Assembly: GCA_027371545.1 (NCBI GenBank)
Contig: DAHXMW010000003.1
Coordinates: 9,831 to 73,830, forward strand
Source: Candidatus Micrarchaeota archaeon
GTDB lineage: Archaea > Micrarchaeota > Micrarchaeia > Micrarchaeales > CABMGC01
DNA length: 64,000 nt
Direction: 5' to 3'
Shown here: piece by piece, positions 38,226 to 48,852 of the stretch
Layout of the letters: each line of letters opens with the position of its first letter
Numbering within the stretch: position 1 is the stretch's first letter
Notes under the pieces: generated by a model
Databases searched by the model: none
The model's input: the letters and a program-made list of their open reading frames with translations, nothing else
Told to the model about the DNA's origin: nothing
Program-made: the position numbers and the translations under genes

Positions 38226-40499
38226 ATGTCGCGCTTAAGCAGTACTTCACAATGGGGAAAAACTGTGGCTGCACTGTCAGTGGTGCTTGCCATTATACTG
38301 ATTAACCTTTTTCTTATTTCTAATGGGACTTACGTCTGGGGCGGAGATGTTGGGCTCCCAATATACAATTTTAAATTAGTAGAAAACGGTTTGTATGTAT
38401 GGAGCAATATTGCGGTTAGTGGAGCCCCTGTACCTACATCCACCGCCATAGGCATAATTTTTGGTATGCTGCAGTCGGCTTTTTCTTTCGGTGGTGCTTT
38501 TGTTAATCTATTTTCGATACTCGCATGGTCTTTTGCTGGTGCGCTTGGGATTTTCCTTCTTGTTAGAAAGGTAACTGGGTCTCTTGGGCCAGATGTATCG
38601 TTACTTTCTTCTACTGCGGCTGCAGCGATATTCGCTACGCCTTATAGCACAATGGCATCGATTGCCATGCCGCTTCCATGGGTAGTGCTTTCCGCACTTT
38701 ACCTTTATGAACTGAATGAAAGAGGCAAAGAGATGCACATTTACGATGCAGCTCCGCTTGCCTTTAGCATGGCATTTTTGATAAGTTTTGGTGGTTATGC
38801 TTTTTTTCTGGAGAACGTAATTTTTTCTGTTGTCTTGTTAGTTGTTATCCTTCTGCTAGCAAAAAGAGGCGCAGAGAAGAAGGATTTGTTGATTGCATGT
38901 GCACTTGGATTTGTACTTGCAATTTTAGCTAATTTGTCTTTTATATGGTCTACATATTTTGTGCTCATAAGCGAGGCTGCACAGCTTGTAGGGCCCGCCT
39001 CCTTCTCGACTATACTCATATCGTGCTGTTCGCTTAACACATCATCCTCGCTGCTTGCCTTCGCGGTCTCTTCGATGAATCATACGATAGTAGTCTCAGG
39101 TGCAAGCAAGTTTGTATACCTGTTGATAATTTTAGTTGCACTAGCAGGGCTTTATTTTGGATATTTTGACAGGAGGACATCAGGCGTTTTGGCCATGTTG
39201 CTCATGATTGAATACGTTTTATTTGTTGCGGTTACTGATGTGATAAACCCGCCTTTTGGAATTCTATTTGGCCATCTTATACAGATTTTCAGTTTCTTGC
39301 GCGCGCTTCGCGGTTCTTTCATAGTCACGCACTTCGTTTATGTATTTATAATATCCGCTTTATTTGGTATGGGCATTGCGTTTTCAAACAGGATTTTAGG
39401 TCGGAGAAGGCGCATTTATTACTGGATTGCGGTTGTTGTTATTGTTGCATCTTACATCATCTTATTTTCGGTTGTTAATGAGATAGGATCCAGCGTTGTG
39501 AGCCCTATACCGCAACATGTCTATACAATATCAGATATTATAGAAGGTCAACGGGGATATTTCGCAGTAGCTTCATTACCCATGGCACTCAACTGGCAGC
39601 AAACCACATGGTATCTTGGAACTAATGTATATTCGTCTTTGATTTATAGCCATCCGTTTTATACTGGAGGATATGCTACCTTTTCTTCAGGGTTTTATCA
39701 GGCTCCTTCCCAAGGAGAGTACTACAATTATGTAGGCAGCATGATTGATGCTGCGAACGTATCTGATAGAAATATGTCAAGGCTTCTAGGCGTATTCGGG
39801 ATACGCTATGTGATAGTTCAGGGAGACGCAAACCAGAGTGAGCATAATGGTGCTTTTTCCTTTAATGACATATATTCTTCTTTGAATGGCTCTAATGACA
39901 TGGTATTAATTGGAAGATATGGGAACTCCTCGCTCTACGAGAATAAAGGATACGAACCGATTGTTTATGCTGCGAATGTGATAGACCTGAGGAATGAAAG
40001 CGAAGCGGACTTGTTCAGCAAGATGGGCTCTTTTAGATACGGCCTTGGAACTGCGTTTTACACGACAAATGCGCTTCTTGATGGTTCCATGGGATATAAC
40101 AGCACGGGGAAGGAGATATTTAACATTCCCAAATTTGGAAAACCAGTTATAAATGCTACGCAGATCTCACCTACCATGTTCAAGGTTACTGTAAATGGTT
40201 CATCTTCTCCGTTTTACCTGGTCTTCACGCAGACTTACTCGAGTTTGTGGAGCGCCTATTATGCTAATGGAAGCACAATACCAAATAATATGCACATAGC
40301 AGTAGACGGCTTTGCAAACGCCTGGTACATGAACAGGACGGGCAATTACACCTTGTATCTGCACTACACTCCGCAGAATTATATGTGGGGTGCGTGGATC
40401 TTAAGCTTCGTGGCGCTGTTCATCCTTGCTGCTTTAGGGATCCTCTTTGTGAAGAGAAGGAAGGATGCGGTTGCAGGGTTGCTTGGACTGCTTGGCTAA
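38226..40499 (+). CDS. YfhO/AftD-like multi-pass membrane protein (GT-C-like)
   Basis: Many TMs; FGIRYVIV, LYEN, LVFTQTYSSLW.A, H..VDGFANAW, C-terminal TM. Confidence 0.7.
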   Translation: MSRLSSTSQWGKTVAALSVVLAIILINLFLISNGTYVWGGDVGLPIYNFKLVENGLYVWSNIAVSGAPVPTSTAIGIIFGMLQSAFSFGGAFVNLFSILAWSFAGALGIFLLVRKVTGSLGPDVSLLSSTAAAAIFATPYSTMASIAMPLPWVVLSALYLYELNERGKEMHIYDAAPLAFSMAFLISFGGYAFFLENVIFSVVLLVVILLLAKRGAEKKDLLIACALGFVLAILANLSFIWSTYFVLISEAAQLVGPASFSTILISCCSLNTSSSLLAFAVSSMNHTIVVSGASKFVYLLIILVALAGLYFGYFDRRTSGVLAMLLMIEYVLFVAVTDVINPPFGILFGHLIQIFSFLRALRGSFIVTHFVYVFIISALFGMGIAFSNRILGRRRRIYYWIAVVVIVASYIILFSVVNEIGSSVVSPIPQHVYTISDIIEGQRGYFAVASLPMALNWQQTTWYLGTNVYSSLIYSHPFYTGGYATFSSGFYQAPSQGEYYNYVGSMIDAANVSDRNMSRLLGVFGIRYVIVQGDANQSEHNGAFSFNDIYSSLNGSNDMVLIGRYGNSSLYENKGYEPIVYAANVIDLRNESEADLFSKMGSFRYGLGTAFYTTNALLDGSMGYNSTGKEIFNIPKFGKPVINATQISPTMFKVTVNGSSSPFYLVFTQTYSSLWSAYYANGSTIPNNMHIAVDGFANAWYMNRTGNYTLYLHYTPQNYMWGAWILSFVALFILAALGILFVKRRKDAVAGLLGLLG

Positions 40500-40533
40500 G
40501 TAGTTCCGAAGCGCATGCGAGATTAGCATTCGC

Positions 40534-42105
40534 TTACCCTGATTTATTCTGGAAAGTTCTGGCAAGGTATCCCGAATACAGGTACTCTGTGCCGTAAGGC
40601 ACTATGAACCCATATCTTGCGTACGCGGTTATATTCTTGGCTTTTAGTATGGATGGTATGCTTATGTTGTAAGGTTCCTTTGCTTGCGTAGCGTATGTTC
40701 CGTTTATTGACAATCTTATGTTGCTGCTTACCCTGGAGAGCACTGAGTAGTAGATGCATGTAGCATTTTCTGAGGTATTAAGAAGGAAATGCGTTGAGTT
40801 TAGCCCATAATTGTGGCTGTATATAAGGAAGTTGTTGAAGTACCTCTGATAGGATGTGCTGTTTCTCAGGGCCAGTGAGTATAAACCGGTAGAATTGAAT
40901 AGAAATACGCTGACGTACTGGCTTGAATTTATTCTTATCCTCGTCTTGACATTTTGCCCAGGGTAGCATTCTGAGCCAAAATAATCATATGGGGATATTG
41001 AGAACGAGATGTTCTTCTCTTCGTTATGAAGCACTGCGGTGTACTTGTACAGCGTAAGATTTGAGGTAGACCCTGCTGGATTGGCACTCTGTCCCATGCT
41101 TACTACACCAAGCGATCCCATCTTGCTTAATGGCATTCCGGAGGCAGCAGCCTCTGCCGATTTCTCATATGAATAGTTGTTCCCAGTAGAATAGGGAAAG
41201 AAGTAGGCCGAGATGTTTATCGCTGTTCCGCTGCTTTCGCCTATCCCGCTCATGTTTAGTATAAATGCCTTTGCGGCCTTATCGTAGATTGCGCTTATAG
41301 GTATGCTCCCATTGTAGAAGAAGCGTACGTTGGACATGCTGCCGCTTTGGTTTAAATAATACGAATAGGGGCTTAGGTTTGTAGGGAGTATGTAGACTCC
41401 TGCGCTGGAGTAGTTTATTACACTAACTTGTATCTGCGCGCTTGGATATTCACTCAGGATTATATGTGGGGAGACTGGCCAGAAAGGGCTAATCACGGCA
41501 AGAACAGATATTGCAAGTGCATATTTGAGGAGCCTATCCTTAGAGAAAACCTTTTCTATGGCTTTACTCAAGCGAGAAATTTCACTCTGTGCGCCTTTCC
41601 ATAGGTTATCGTAGATGAGCCAAAAGACTACTGATAGGGCTGCGGCTGCGGCAAAGTAATAGCCTAATATGGTTATGTTGTTGGGAATGAATGGAGCTGA
41701 GCTTATGTTTATCAGCTGCAGGATTACAGGCGCATACGCGGCAATGAAGAGCATGGGAATATGCCTGTTCTGCAGGCCTTTCTTCAATGCAAATACGACT
41801 AGTATTGCGGTAGAGATGTCAGAGTATACGGCAAGCGCAGCAGTGGTATCGAGTACCCCCATATATGTAATTTCCCCTACAATTATGATGGCTGCTCCTA
41901 TCTCAAGCAGGTAGAGGGTCCTTTCTGCATGCCCTGCGGAGAAGAGTGCAAGTATTATGAATAGGGAAAATGAGATGAGTATGAAGTATGGATTTCCAAT
42001 TACGGCAAAATAGGAGATTAGAAAGAAGGAGAGCGTGCCTATCGCCAACGCCTCTATGTAGCGTATCTCCTTTATTGATTGTTTTCCTGCCTTTTGCCCC
42101 TTCAT
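40534..42105 (-). CDS. Membrane protein with extracellular C-terminal domain
   Basis: About 6 N-terminal TMs, then an N/S/Y-rich beta region containing SNVRFFYNG. Confidence 0.7.
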   Translation of the reverse strand: MKGQKAGKQSIKEIRYIEALAIGTLSFFLISYFAVIGNPYFILISFSLFIILALFSAGHAERTLYLLEIGAAIIIVGEITYMGVLDTTAALAVYSDISTAILVVFALKKGLQNRHIPMLFIAAYAPVILQLINISSAPFIPNNITILGYYFAAAAALSVVFWLIYDNLWKGAQSEISRLSKAIEKVFSKDRLLKYALAISVLAVISPFWPVSPHIILSEYPSAQIQVSVINYSSAGVYILPTNLSPYSYYLNQSGSMSNVRFFYNGSIPISAIYDKAAKAFILNMSGIGESSGTAINISAYFFPYSTGNNYSYEKSAEAAASGMPLSKMGSLGVVSMGQSANPAGSTSNLTLYKYTAVLHNEEKNISFSISPYDYFGSECYPGQNVKTRIRINSSQYVSVFLFNSTGLYSLALRNSTSYQRYFNNFLIYSHNYGLNSTHFLLNTSENATCIYYSVLSRVSSNIRLSINGTYATQAKEPYNISIPSILKAKNITAYARYGFIVPYGTEYLYSGYLARTFQNKSG

Positions 42106-42207
42106 TTAACCATTCGCTTGCCATGTGCCATTGCATTGGCGCATGCCCAACCGCTTATTTGCAGAAAAAGCTTAAAACCATATTATGTCCATTCTGGATT
42201 GGTTGAG

Positions 42208-43113
42208 ATGGGAGGGGCTACGGTATATGCGATTCCGCTAGTGCATACGGATGCAAACGAGTACATGAGGATACGCAGGGGCATCGGGATGGCAGGCGGA
42301 GGGAATGCAGCATATGAATTGCCAAGAAACGCGCTTACCGAATACCTCTTCAGGGATGTCCTTGGCAAATCGGGGAGGGAGCTGGATAAGGAGATATGCA
42401 AGGCTCTCGAATCTATCAATGTTGATGAGAGTTTTATCTCCACAGTTGTCTCCGATCTTGAAGAGCTGGATAAGGCAAAGCATGAAGGAAAGATAGGCAG
42501 CATATATCCTATAGATGCATCCATAGATGGTAAAAGATTCATGGATTTGAGGGTTAAGCTGACGCATGCGCACGAGAGGCTTTTTGAGGCAATAAACAAC
42601 GGAAGCCCCTTTTTGGATGTCGTGAAGTCTGTGCGTGAGGTTCTGCTAGCAAGCTCCGGGATACACGAGATGAGGGAAGAGGGGATGAAGGATAACATTG
42701 AGGAGCTGGCATCAAAAGGCGGGAAGCTTCTGCTTATGACCGGAGCAGTGCATTTACCAAACATGGAAAAGATGCTTAACAGGGATGGGATAGCGGTGGT
42801 AGAGGTTGACGTGCCAGAGAAGGTAACTGGGCTGTGGTGGCTCGCGTTTACTGCAAGCGCAGAGGCAAGGGGCCTGGATGAAGGCAGTTATGGGCCCGGG
42901 ATTATAAGGTATTCCCTGCTCCTTGGGCTTACAACCATAAAGGAAGGCATGGGGCTGCGCGGGATAACTGATACAGAAGCAAGGATAATAGGCAGCATAG
43001 GCTCGTTGGATGAAGCCTCTGCTTTTTACAGCATGAGCAGGAAGATTTATACTGAAGGAAAATGGGGAGAGGAGTTTATGTTTGATAGGCTCTTAGCCGT
43101 TGCCAGGAATTGA
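42208..43113 (+). CDS. Hypothetical protein (possible TraB/Tiki-like fold)
   Basis: Long ORF; RE..M...I...and LLMTGAVH motifs. Start refined to ATG 42208. Confidence 0.55.
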   Translation: MGGATVYAIPLVHTDANEYMRIRRGIGMAGGGNAAYELPRNALTEYLFRDVLGKSGRELDKEICKALESINVDESFISTVVSDLEELDKAKHEGKIGSIYPIDASIDGKRFMDLRVKLTHAHERLFEAINNGSPFLDVVKSVREVLLASSGIHEMREEGMKDNIEELASKGGKLLLMTGAVHLPNMEKMLNRDGIAVVEVDVPEKVTGLWWLAFTASAEARGLDEGSYGPGIIRYSLLLGLTTIKEGMGLRGITDTEARIIGSIGSLDEASAFYSMSRKIYTEGKWGEEFMFDRLLAVARN

Positions 43114-43183
43114 GCCTTCTTTATCTTTTGCACCTGCTCTTTTCACCGGCGGCGTTACTGTCTGCAGAGTTTGTACATTAGGG

Positions 43184-44077
43184 TCAACATTTGCGCTGGT
43201 CATGAAGAATGTATGAAGTTGCCCTGCGCGATAGGGCTGCAAGCCTCCCATCGAATGAATGGTTTGCGCCGCTTATCGCTGCGAATAGCATCTCTTTTGA
43301 TCCTGAGCGCTCTTCTAGGATTTTCCTGTAATGGGATACTTTGTAGCGCATCCATTCCTCGCTGCCGCCGAGTATCACCAGCATGGGTGTATCTATTGAC
43401 GAGTATTCAGACATGGAGCCAGAGTAGTCGAATATGCTTGCCTCTGGGGATCCATTATCGGCTATTGATAGAAATCTCATTGGAGAGTATCCTTCAAATT
43501 CATGGTTTGAGTCTTTCCCTTTTCCCGATGCTATAAGTCTTCGTGCAAGGCTTACCTTAGCTTCAAGGGCCTTCCCGTACTTCTCCTTTGTTATCGCAAA
43601 GTCATCTGCAGGAGATATCAAGACCAGGCGCGAGATATTCTTATTCTTTGAGCGGAACATGTAATGAACTATCTTCTGGCATCCGGTGCTGTGGCCGCAT
43701 AGAGTTATCTCCCTGTACCCAAGTTTTTTCATTGCGCTTACAGCTGCGCCTATGTCTTCCACGCATCCCTCGAAATCCTCAACAGCAGTTCCGTGAAGGC
43801 CGCCGTGGGACATCCCCTCGGTCTTTATGCCGCAGAGGATATCGTGGCCCCGCGTGTTGATAGCGAAAGATGCCATACCGTGCGCTGAGAGCTCCTTTGA
43901 TAGCGCATAGAATATGCTGCTTGAATAGAAGTTGCCAGTCATGCCGTGCACGTATATCGTGCACCTTCCAGACTTTTTGGAATCTTTTGGGCTTATCAGC
44001 ATTCCTTGCAGGGCCAATCTGTCATTTGTCTTGAAGTTTACCAGAGTGCATTGGGTAACCTGAACTAAAGAAGCCAC
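43184..44077 (-). CDS. Alpha/beta hydrolase (DUF1749-like)
   Basis: VHGMTGNF, GHSTGCQ, GANHSF. Confidence 0.85.
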   Translation of the reverse strand: MASLVQVTQCTLVNFKTNDRLALQGMLISPKDSKKSGRCTIYVHGMTGNFYSSSIFYALSKELSAHGMASFAINTRGHDILCGIKTEGMSHGGLHGTAVEDFEGCVEDIGAAVSAMKKLGYREITLCGHSTGCQKIVHYMFRSKNKNISRLVLISPADDFAITKEKYGKALEAKVSLARRLIASGKGKDSNHEFEGYSPMRFLSIADNGSPEASIFDYSGSMSEYSSIDTPMLVILGGSEEWMRYKVSHYRKILEERSGSKEMLFAAISGANHSFDGRLAALSRRATSYILHDQRKC

Positions 44078-44142
44078 CAGGCATCACAGGAGTATTGTGC
44101 ATGCGCGCAGATTTATAGCTATGCGGTTTGTGGCGCACTATC

Positions 44143-44799
44143 TCAACTGCGCACCATCCCGCGTATCTTCTCAGCGGCCTCTTCGAGTGAATCTACTCTT
44201 GCCACGTTGCCGTTGTTCCTTAGTCTCCATGAGCCTGCCCTGTTGTAGTTCTTCCTGAGAAGCATGACACCGCAGCCACGCACCGCTGCAGCACGTGCTA
44301 CTGAAGGGGTGTCATCTATGAGTATATCCGGCTTTGTGCCTTCTATATTGGCCCATTTCATCTTTGGCCTGACGTATAGCACATTTGCCATTATCCCTTC
44401 CGCAGATAGCCTGCGCTCAAGCGCTTCCCTGTTCAGTATGGGATTCGAGGTCCTTACCTGCAGCGAGGCCCCTGCCTGCTGCATCGTAAGCATCGCGCTT
44501 ACTGCATCTTCGCTTACAGGCCTGTCGCTTTTCGATATCTCTGCCAGCTTCCTGAGAATCCTTTCCGGGGCTATGTTGGCGTACGAAACCGCTGTCTCGA
44601 ATATCATATCCCTTACGAACCTGCCGCGTGAACCTATCATTTCAAGATGCGCTATGTTGTGTATCCTCTGCCTTATCCCTGATATGCTCTCCGCCAGTAC
44701 CCCGTCGTAATCTAGTGCAACTGTGGGATTGGAGAGCCGCCGCTCTGCCAGAGGGACGCTATCTGTTGCTGGTACGCGGTGCCTTATTTTTATTGGCAT
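44143..44799 (-). CDS. HAD-superfamily hydrolase (5'(3')-nucleotidase-like)
   Basis: LDYDGVLA, RTS, K, LIDDTP, YNR. Confidence 0.75.
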   Translation of the reverse strand: MPIKIRHRVPATDSVPLAERRLSNPTVALDYDGVLAESISGIRQRIHNIAHLEMIGSRGRFVRDMIFETAVSYANIAPERILRKLAEISKSDRPVSEDAVSAMLTMQQAGASLQVRTSNPILNREALERRLSAEGIMANVLYVRPKMKWANIEGTKPDILIDDTPSVARAAAVRGCGVMLLRKNYNRAGSWRLRNNGNVARVDSLEEAAEKIRGMVRS

Positions 44800-44929
44800 G
44801 CTCCCACTTTATGCTATTTTACCTGCTTTTCTTGATATTTATATATAGCATTCCTGATTCGGCAATTCCGCATCTGCAGAAAAGCGTTATATACCATAAC
44901 AGCACGCATATTCTGCTTGGGAGAGAGGC

Positions 44930-45157
44930 ATGGACGAAGGAGTAATGCTCAGAAAAGCTGGCGACAGGAATACATTGCCAAGGAAACTGGAGGAACTCTC
45001 GCACCTCAGGATAAATGGGATAGAGAAGGCAGTGGCAGGAAATCCTTCTGCTGACAGATATACGCTGAGCAGACTTTCCTCATCGCAGGATCCTGAGGTA
45101 AGGACCCGTGCAAGGAAAACGCTTGAGGAGAAACTGGAGGCGTCTAAGAGAGAGTAA
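44930..45157 (+). CDS. Small hypothetical protein
   Basis: 75 aa; AVAGNPS...L..LS.S.DPEVR resembles a HEAT/LRV-like repeat. Confidence 0.45.
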   Translation: MDEGVMLRKAGDRNTLPRKLEELSHLRINGIEKAVAGNPSADRYTLSRLSSSQDPEVRTRARKTLEEKLEASKRE

Positions 45158-45217
45158 CAGGGCTTGTGCAGGGCACAAACCTTTTTTATTTGTTGCATGC
45201 GATATTTAAACGATTGA

Positions 45218-45910
45218 ATGAGCGAGGATGTTGAGTTTATCGACCTTGCCGCACTGCTTAAGATAACACCAAACACCACAATAGAACGCTTCGGAAGCTA
45301 CATCAATGCGAGCATCTTCGATGCCTCGAATATTGCAGGAACCCTGAAGAAAAAGGGGCTCATAGACTTTACTACTTATTACCCAGGCCCGAACTCGATA
45401 GTGATAACTGATGCAGGGAAGAACTTTATTGCGGAAGCGGATGCCAAGGCAGCGGAGCCTTTTGACACTCTCGACGAGGCTGTGCTTGAGCAGCTCTCAC
45501 GGGGGAGCAAACTGCCTGCAGAGTTGCAGAGCGCACTTAATGTAAGGCCAAGGGACATGGCGCTGAGGCTTTACAAGGTCTTCAAGCAGGGATTTATTAT
45601 TTATGAACTGAAGAGCGGCGGGCTTCAGTTAATGCTCACTGAGCAGGGATTTCTCAAGGCAGGCGAGGCGAAGAAAGCCGCTGCGGAGCCTAATAAGGCG
45701 GAGGAGGCGCAGGCGGTTGAGCCGCAGAAGCAGGAGGCACAGGTGCAGCAAGGTGCGGAAGGGGAGCAGCTTGGCAAGATGGCGGATGACCTCTCCTCTG
45801 GTAAGAGCGCAGGAAAGAGGGGCGGAGGGCTCATATACCTGGTTATACTCCTGCTTGTGATAGTTGTTGTAGTGGAGCTGCTTTATTACTTCAAGGTAAT
45901 AAGCATATGA
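45218..45910 (+). CDS. Tail-anchored protein with tandem winged-helix-like domains
   Basis: LKKKGLIDF...ITDAGK and VFKQGFI...LTEQG wing motifs; charged linker; C-terminal TM. Confidence 0.65.
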   Translation: MSEDVEFIDLAALLKITPNTTIERFGSYINASIFDASNIAGTLKKKGLIDFTTYYPGPNSIVITDAGKNFIAEADAKAAEPFDTLDEAVLEQLSRGSKLPAELQSALNVRPRDMALRLYKVFKQGFIIYELKSGGLQLMLTEQGFLKAGEAKKAAAEPNKAEEAQAVEPQKQEAQVQQGAEGEQLGKMADDLSSGKSAGKRGGGLIYLVILLLVIVVVVELLYYFKVISI

Positions 45911-45917
45911 AGGGGTT

Positions 45918-46544
45918 GTGATGGAGCTTCTGGATTATATGAAGGCCAAAAGGATATTGGACAATAATGGCATACACAGCGTTGAGAGCGTTTACGTAAA
46001 GAATCCCGGCGAGGCGCTCTCCTTCTCAGGAGGGGAGCCCATAGTAATGAAACTTATATCCGGCAAGGCACTGCACAAATCGAAGGAAGGCCTTGTAAGA
46101 CTGAATCTCCTGAAGAGAGAAGAGATAGAGAAGGCGTACAAGGAGCTTAGGGAGAAGGGCGACAGGCTTGGGCTCAAGCCTTACAGGATAATAGTGCAGA
46201 AGACAGCTAGGAAGGGGATCGAGATTATAATAGGGGGTAAGACAGATAACGACTTCGGGAAGATGGTGCTCATAGGATTGGGAGGGATATACGTGGAGGC
46301 ATTCAGGGACTTCGCGCTTGGCGTATGCCCTCTCAACGGCTACGACTCGATGAGGATGGTTCATTCCCTTAGATCCAGAGAGGTTATAACATACGGAGGG
46401 AAGCAGGAGAAGGAGATAGAGAAGCTCGTGGAAAAGGTCTCCCTCATGCTCAAGAAGAATGAGTGGATACAGGAGCTTGACCTGAATCCAGTTATAATAA
46501 GCGAGAACGGCTATGAGATAGTCGATATAAGGATATTGAGGTGA
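45918..46544 (+). CDS. acdB: Acetate--CoA ligase (ADP-forming) beta subunit
   Basis: PIVMK...HKS..G.V.L, EIIIGG..D..FG....GLGGIYVE, ELDLNPV. Confidence 0.9.
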   Translation: MMELLDYMKAKRILDNNGIHSVESVYVKNPGEALSFSGGEPIVMKLISGKALHKSKEGLVRLNLLKREEIEKAYKELREKGDRLGLKPYRIIVQKTARKGIEIIIGGKTDNDFGKMVLIGLGGIYVEAFRDFALGVCPLNGYDSMRMVHSLRSREVITYGGKQEKEIEKLVEKVSLMLKKNEWIQELDLNPVIISENGYEIVDIRILR

Positions 46545-46548
46545 ATGA

Positions 46549-47937
46549 ATGCCTAACGTTTCAAATCTGGATCCGATGATGAACCCGAAGAGTGTAGCCA
46601 TAATAGGCGCCTCAAAGAATCCTGACAAGGTAGGGCATGTCATACTCCAGAATTACGTCAACGCAGGCTATTCAGGCAGGCTCTATCCAGTGAACAAGGA
46701 CGCGGATGAGATAATGGGCCTGAAGGCTTACGCCAGGGTAGGGGATATAAAGGATAGGATAGACCTTGCAGTAATAGCAATTCCAGCGAAGTTCGTTCCT
46801 GGAATACTTGAGGAGTGCGGCAAGGCAGGGGTTAAGAGCACCGTAGTTGTAAGCGGAGGCTTCGCGGAGATAGGGCAGGTGAAGCTTCAGGAAAATCTGG
46901 TAAGGATAGCCAAGAAGTACAATATGCCCACGCTTGGACCGAACTGCCTCGGAGTCATGGACCCGCGCTCAAGGGTAGATACGCTATTTCTCCCCACATT
47001 CAAATTGAGCAGGCCGCAGATAGGAGGCGTAAGCTTCGTGGCGCAGAGCGGCGCTGTAGGCAGCACAATACTCGACCTTATATCAGGAGAGGGCTTTGGG
47101 CTTTCTAAATTCATATCGTATGGCAACGCTGCGCATATAGACGAAGTGGACATACTCGAGTACCTCATGAATGACGAAGAGACAAAAGTAATAGTAATGT
47201 ATATAGAAGGCATACGGAGAGGCAGGGATTTCGTTGAGCTTGCTAAGAAGATAACAAAGAAGAAGCCCGTGATAGTGCTCAAGGGCGGAAGGACGGCGCA
47301 GGGAATGCAGGCAGCCCATTCGCATACCGCGTCTCTCGCGGGCAGCTGGGAATCCTACGAAGCTGTCTTCAGGCAGTTCGGCTTTACGGTGGCGAACGAT
47401 ATAAGCGAGCTGCTCCATTACGCCAAGATATTCGCCTCTGAGCCTGAGCCGAAGGGCGGCAGAGTAGGGATAGTGACCAATGGAGGTGGGGTAGGCGTGC
47501 TCGCGGCAGACGCGATAGGCAATTCCGGGTTGCTTAAGGTAGGGAACCTCAGCGATAGCACGAAGAAGGAGCTGAGGAGGAAGATGCCGCCTCTCGTAAA
47601 CATAGCCAACCCGATAGACATAGCAGGGGATGCTGGAGAGGACAGGTTCAATACTGCAATGTCGCTACTTGCGAATGATGATGGTATAGACATGCTCCTT
47701 GTCATAGCGCTCTTCCAGACCCCAGGCGCGGATTCGACAGTTGCAGCGAGGCTGATACATTACAAAGAGAACAGCGAGAAGCCCATGATAGTTCTCACAA
47801 TAGGAGCCGATTACACGCGCATGCACAAGATAATGATGGAGAGCGCTGGCCTTCCAGTATATGACTCGCCTGATGCGGCTGTGAAAGCCTTGAAGGCACT
47901 TCTTGTATACTACGACTACAGGAACAATGCGCCGTAG
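46549..47937 (+). CDS. acdA: Acetate--CoA ligase (ADP-forming) alpha subunit
   Basis: PKSVAIIGAS, GPNCLG, QSGA, SYGN, SHTASLAG phospho-His, NPID. Confidence 0.93.
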   Translation: MPNVSNLDPMMNPKSVAIIGASKNPDKVGHVILQNYVNAGYSGRLYPVNKDADEIMGLKAYARVGDIKDRIDLAVIAIPAKFVPGILEECGKAGVKSTVVVSGGFAEIGQVKLQENLVRIAKKYNMPTLGPNCLGVMDPRSRVDTLFLPTFKLSRPQIGGVSFVAQSGAVGSTILDLISGEGFGLSKFISYGNAAHIDEVDILEYLMNDEETKVIVMYIEGIRRGRDFVELAKKITKKKPVIVLKGGRTAQGMQAAHSHTASLAGSWESYEAVFRQFGFTVANDISELLHYAKIFASEPEPKGGRVGIVTNGGGVGVLAADAIGNSGLLKVGNLSDSTKKELRRKMPPLVNIANPIDIAGDAGEDRFNTAMSLLANDDGIDMLLVIALFQTPGADSTVAARLIHYKENSEKPMIVLTIGADYTRMHKIMMESAGLPVYDSPDAAVKALKALLVYYDYRNNAP

Positions 47938-48143
47938 CCATTAGTTTGCCATGTAGGATTCTTTCCTGTTTATGTGGCATCCTCCCACCGCTAAAGCGTG
48001 TGGGTTTTACACCAAATAGATAAATATTGCCGAGAAGACTACGTGGTTTAGAGCGGCTTACACTGCATGCTTCTTCAGGCAAACCTAAAATAAAGCCAGC
48101 TCTTAAATATTTAAGCAGGGGATTAGTTTACAGTGAGGTCCTG

Positions 48144-48842
48144 ATGGAGTACTCGGTACAGGCAAAGAATGTCTCAAAGAAATACTTCTCCGGAGAGGTT
48201 GAGGTAGACGCGCTGATAAACGTCTCGTTTTCTTTGAAGAAGGGGGAGTTCGTGGCTATTGTAGGGCCTTCGGGCAGTGGCAAATCCACGCTTATGCACC
48301 TGCTTGGCACCATAGACAAACCCACATCAGGGGAGGTGTATATAGACGGTGTGCCCACATCCAACATGAACGAGAACCAGCTTGCAAATTTCAGGAACAA
48401 GAAGCTTGGATTCGTCTTCCAGGCCTTCAATTTGGTCAACGGCATAAACGCGGAGATGAACGTAGCTCTACCTCTTATGGTGGATCCCATGCCCGATTAT
48501 GAGAGGAAAGAGCGCGCCGATGCTCTTCTTAACGACCTCGGGCTTGGAAACAGGGTAATGCTCAAGCCCATGCAGCTCAGCGGCGGGCAGCAGCAGAGGG
48601 TTGCTATAGCAAGGGCGCTTGTGAACAATCCATCGCTTGTCCTTGCGGATGAGCCCACGGGAAACCTTGACAGCAAGGCAGGTGATGAGGTTATAGCCCT
48701 TTTCAGGAGCATATGCAAGAAGCATGGGGTTACAATAGTCATGGTCACACATAATCCAGATATAACTAGGAAGTGCGACCACGTGATACACATAATGGAC
48801 GGAAGGATGGTGAAGGAAGAGTTCCTGCACAAGGACGCTTGA
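48144..48842 (+). CDS. ABC ATPase, LolD/MacB type
   Basis: GPSGSGKST, GFVFQAFNL, LSGGQQQRVAIARAL, ADEPTGNLD, VTH. Confidence 0.93.
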   Translation: MEYSVQAKNVSKKYFSGEVEVDALINVSFSLKKGEFVAIVGPSGSGKSTLMHLLGTIDKPTSGEVYIDGVPTSNMNENQLANFRNKKLGFVFQAFNLVNGINAEMNVALPLMVDPMPDYERKERADALLNDLGLGNRVMLKPMQLSGGQQQRVAIARALVNNPSLVLADEPTGNLDSKAGDEVIALFRSICKKHGVTIVMVTHNPDITRKCDHVIHIMDGRMVKEEFLHKDA

Positions 48843-48852
48843 ATACGTGGCA

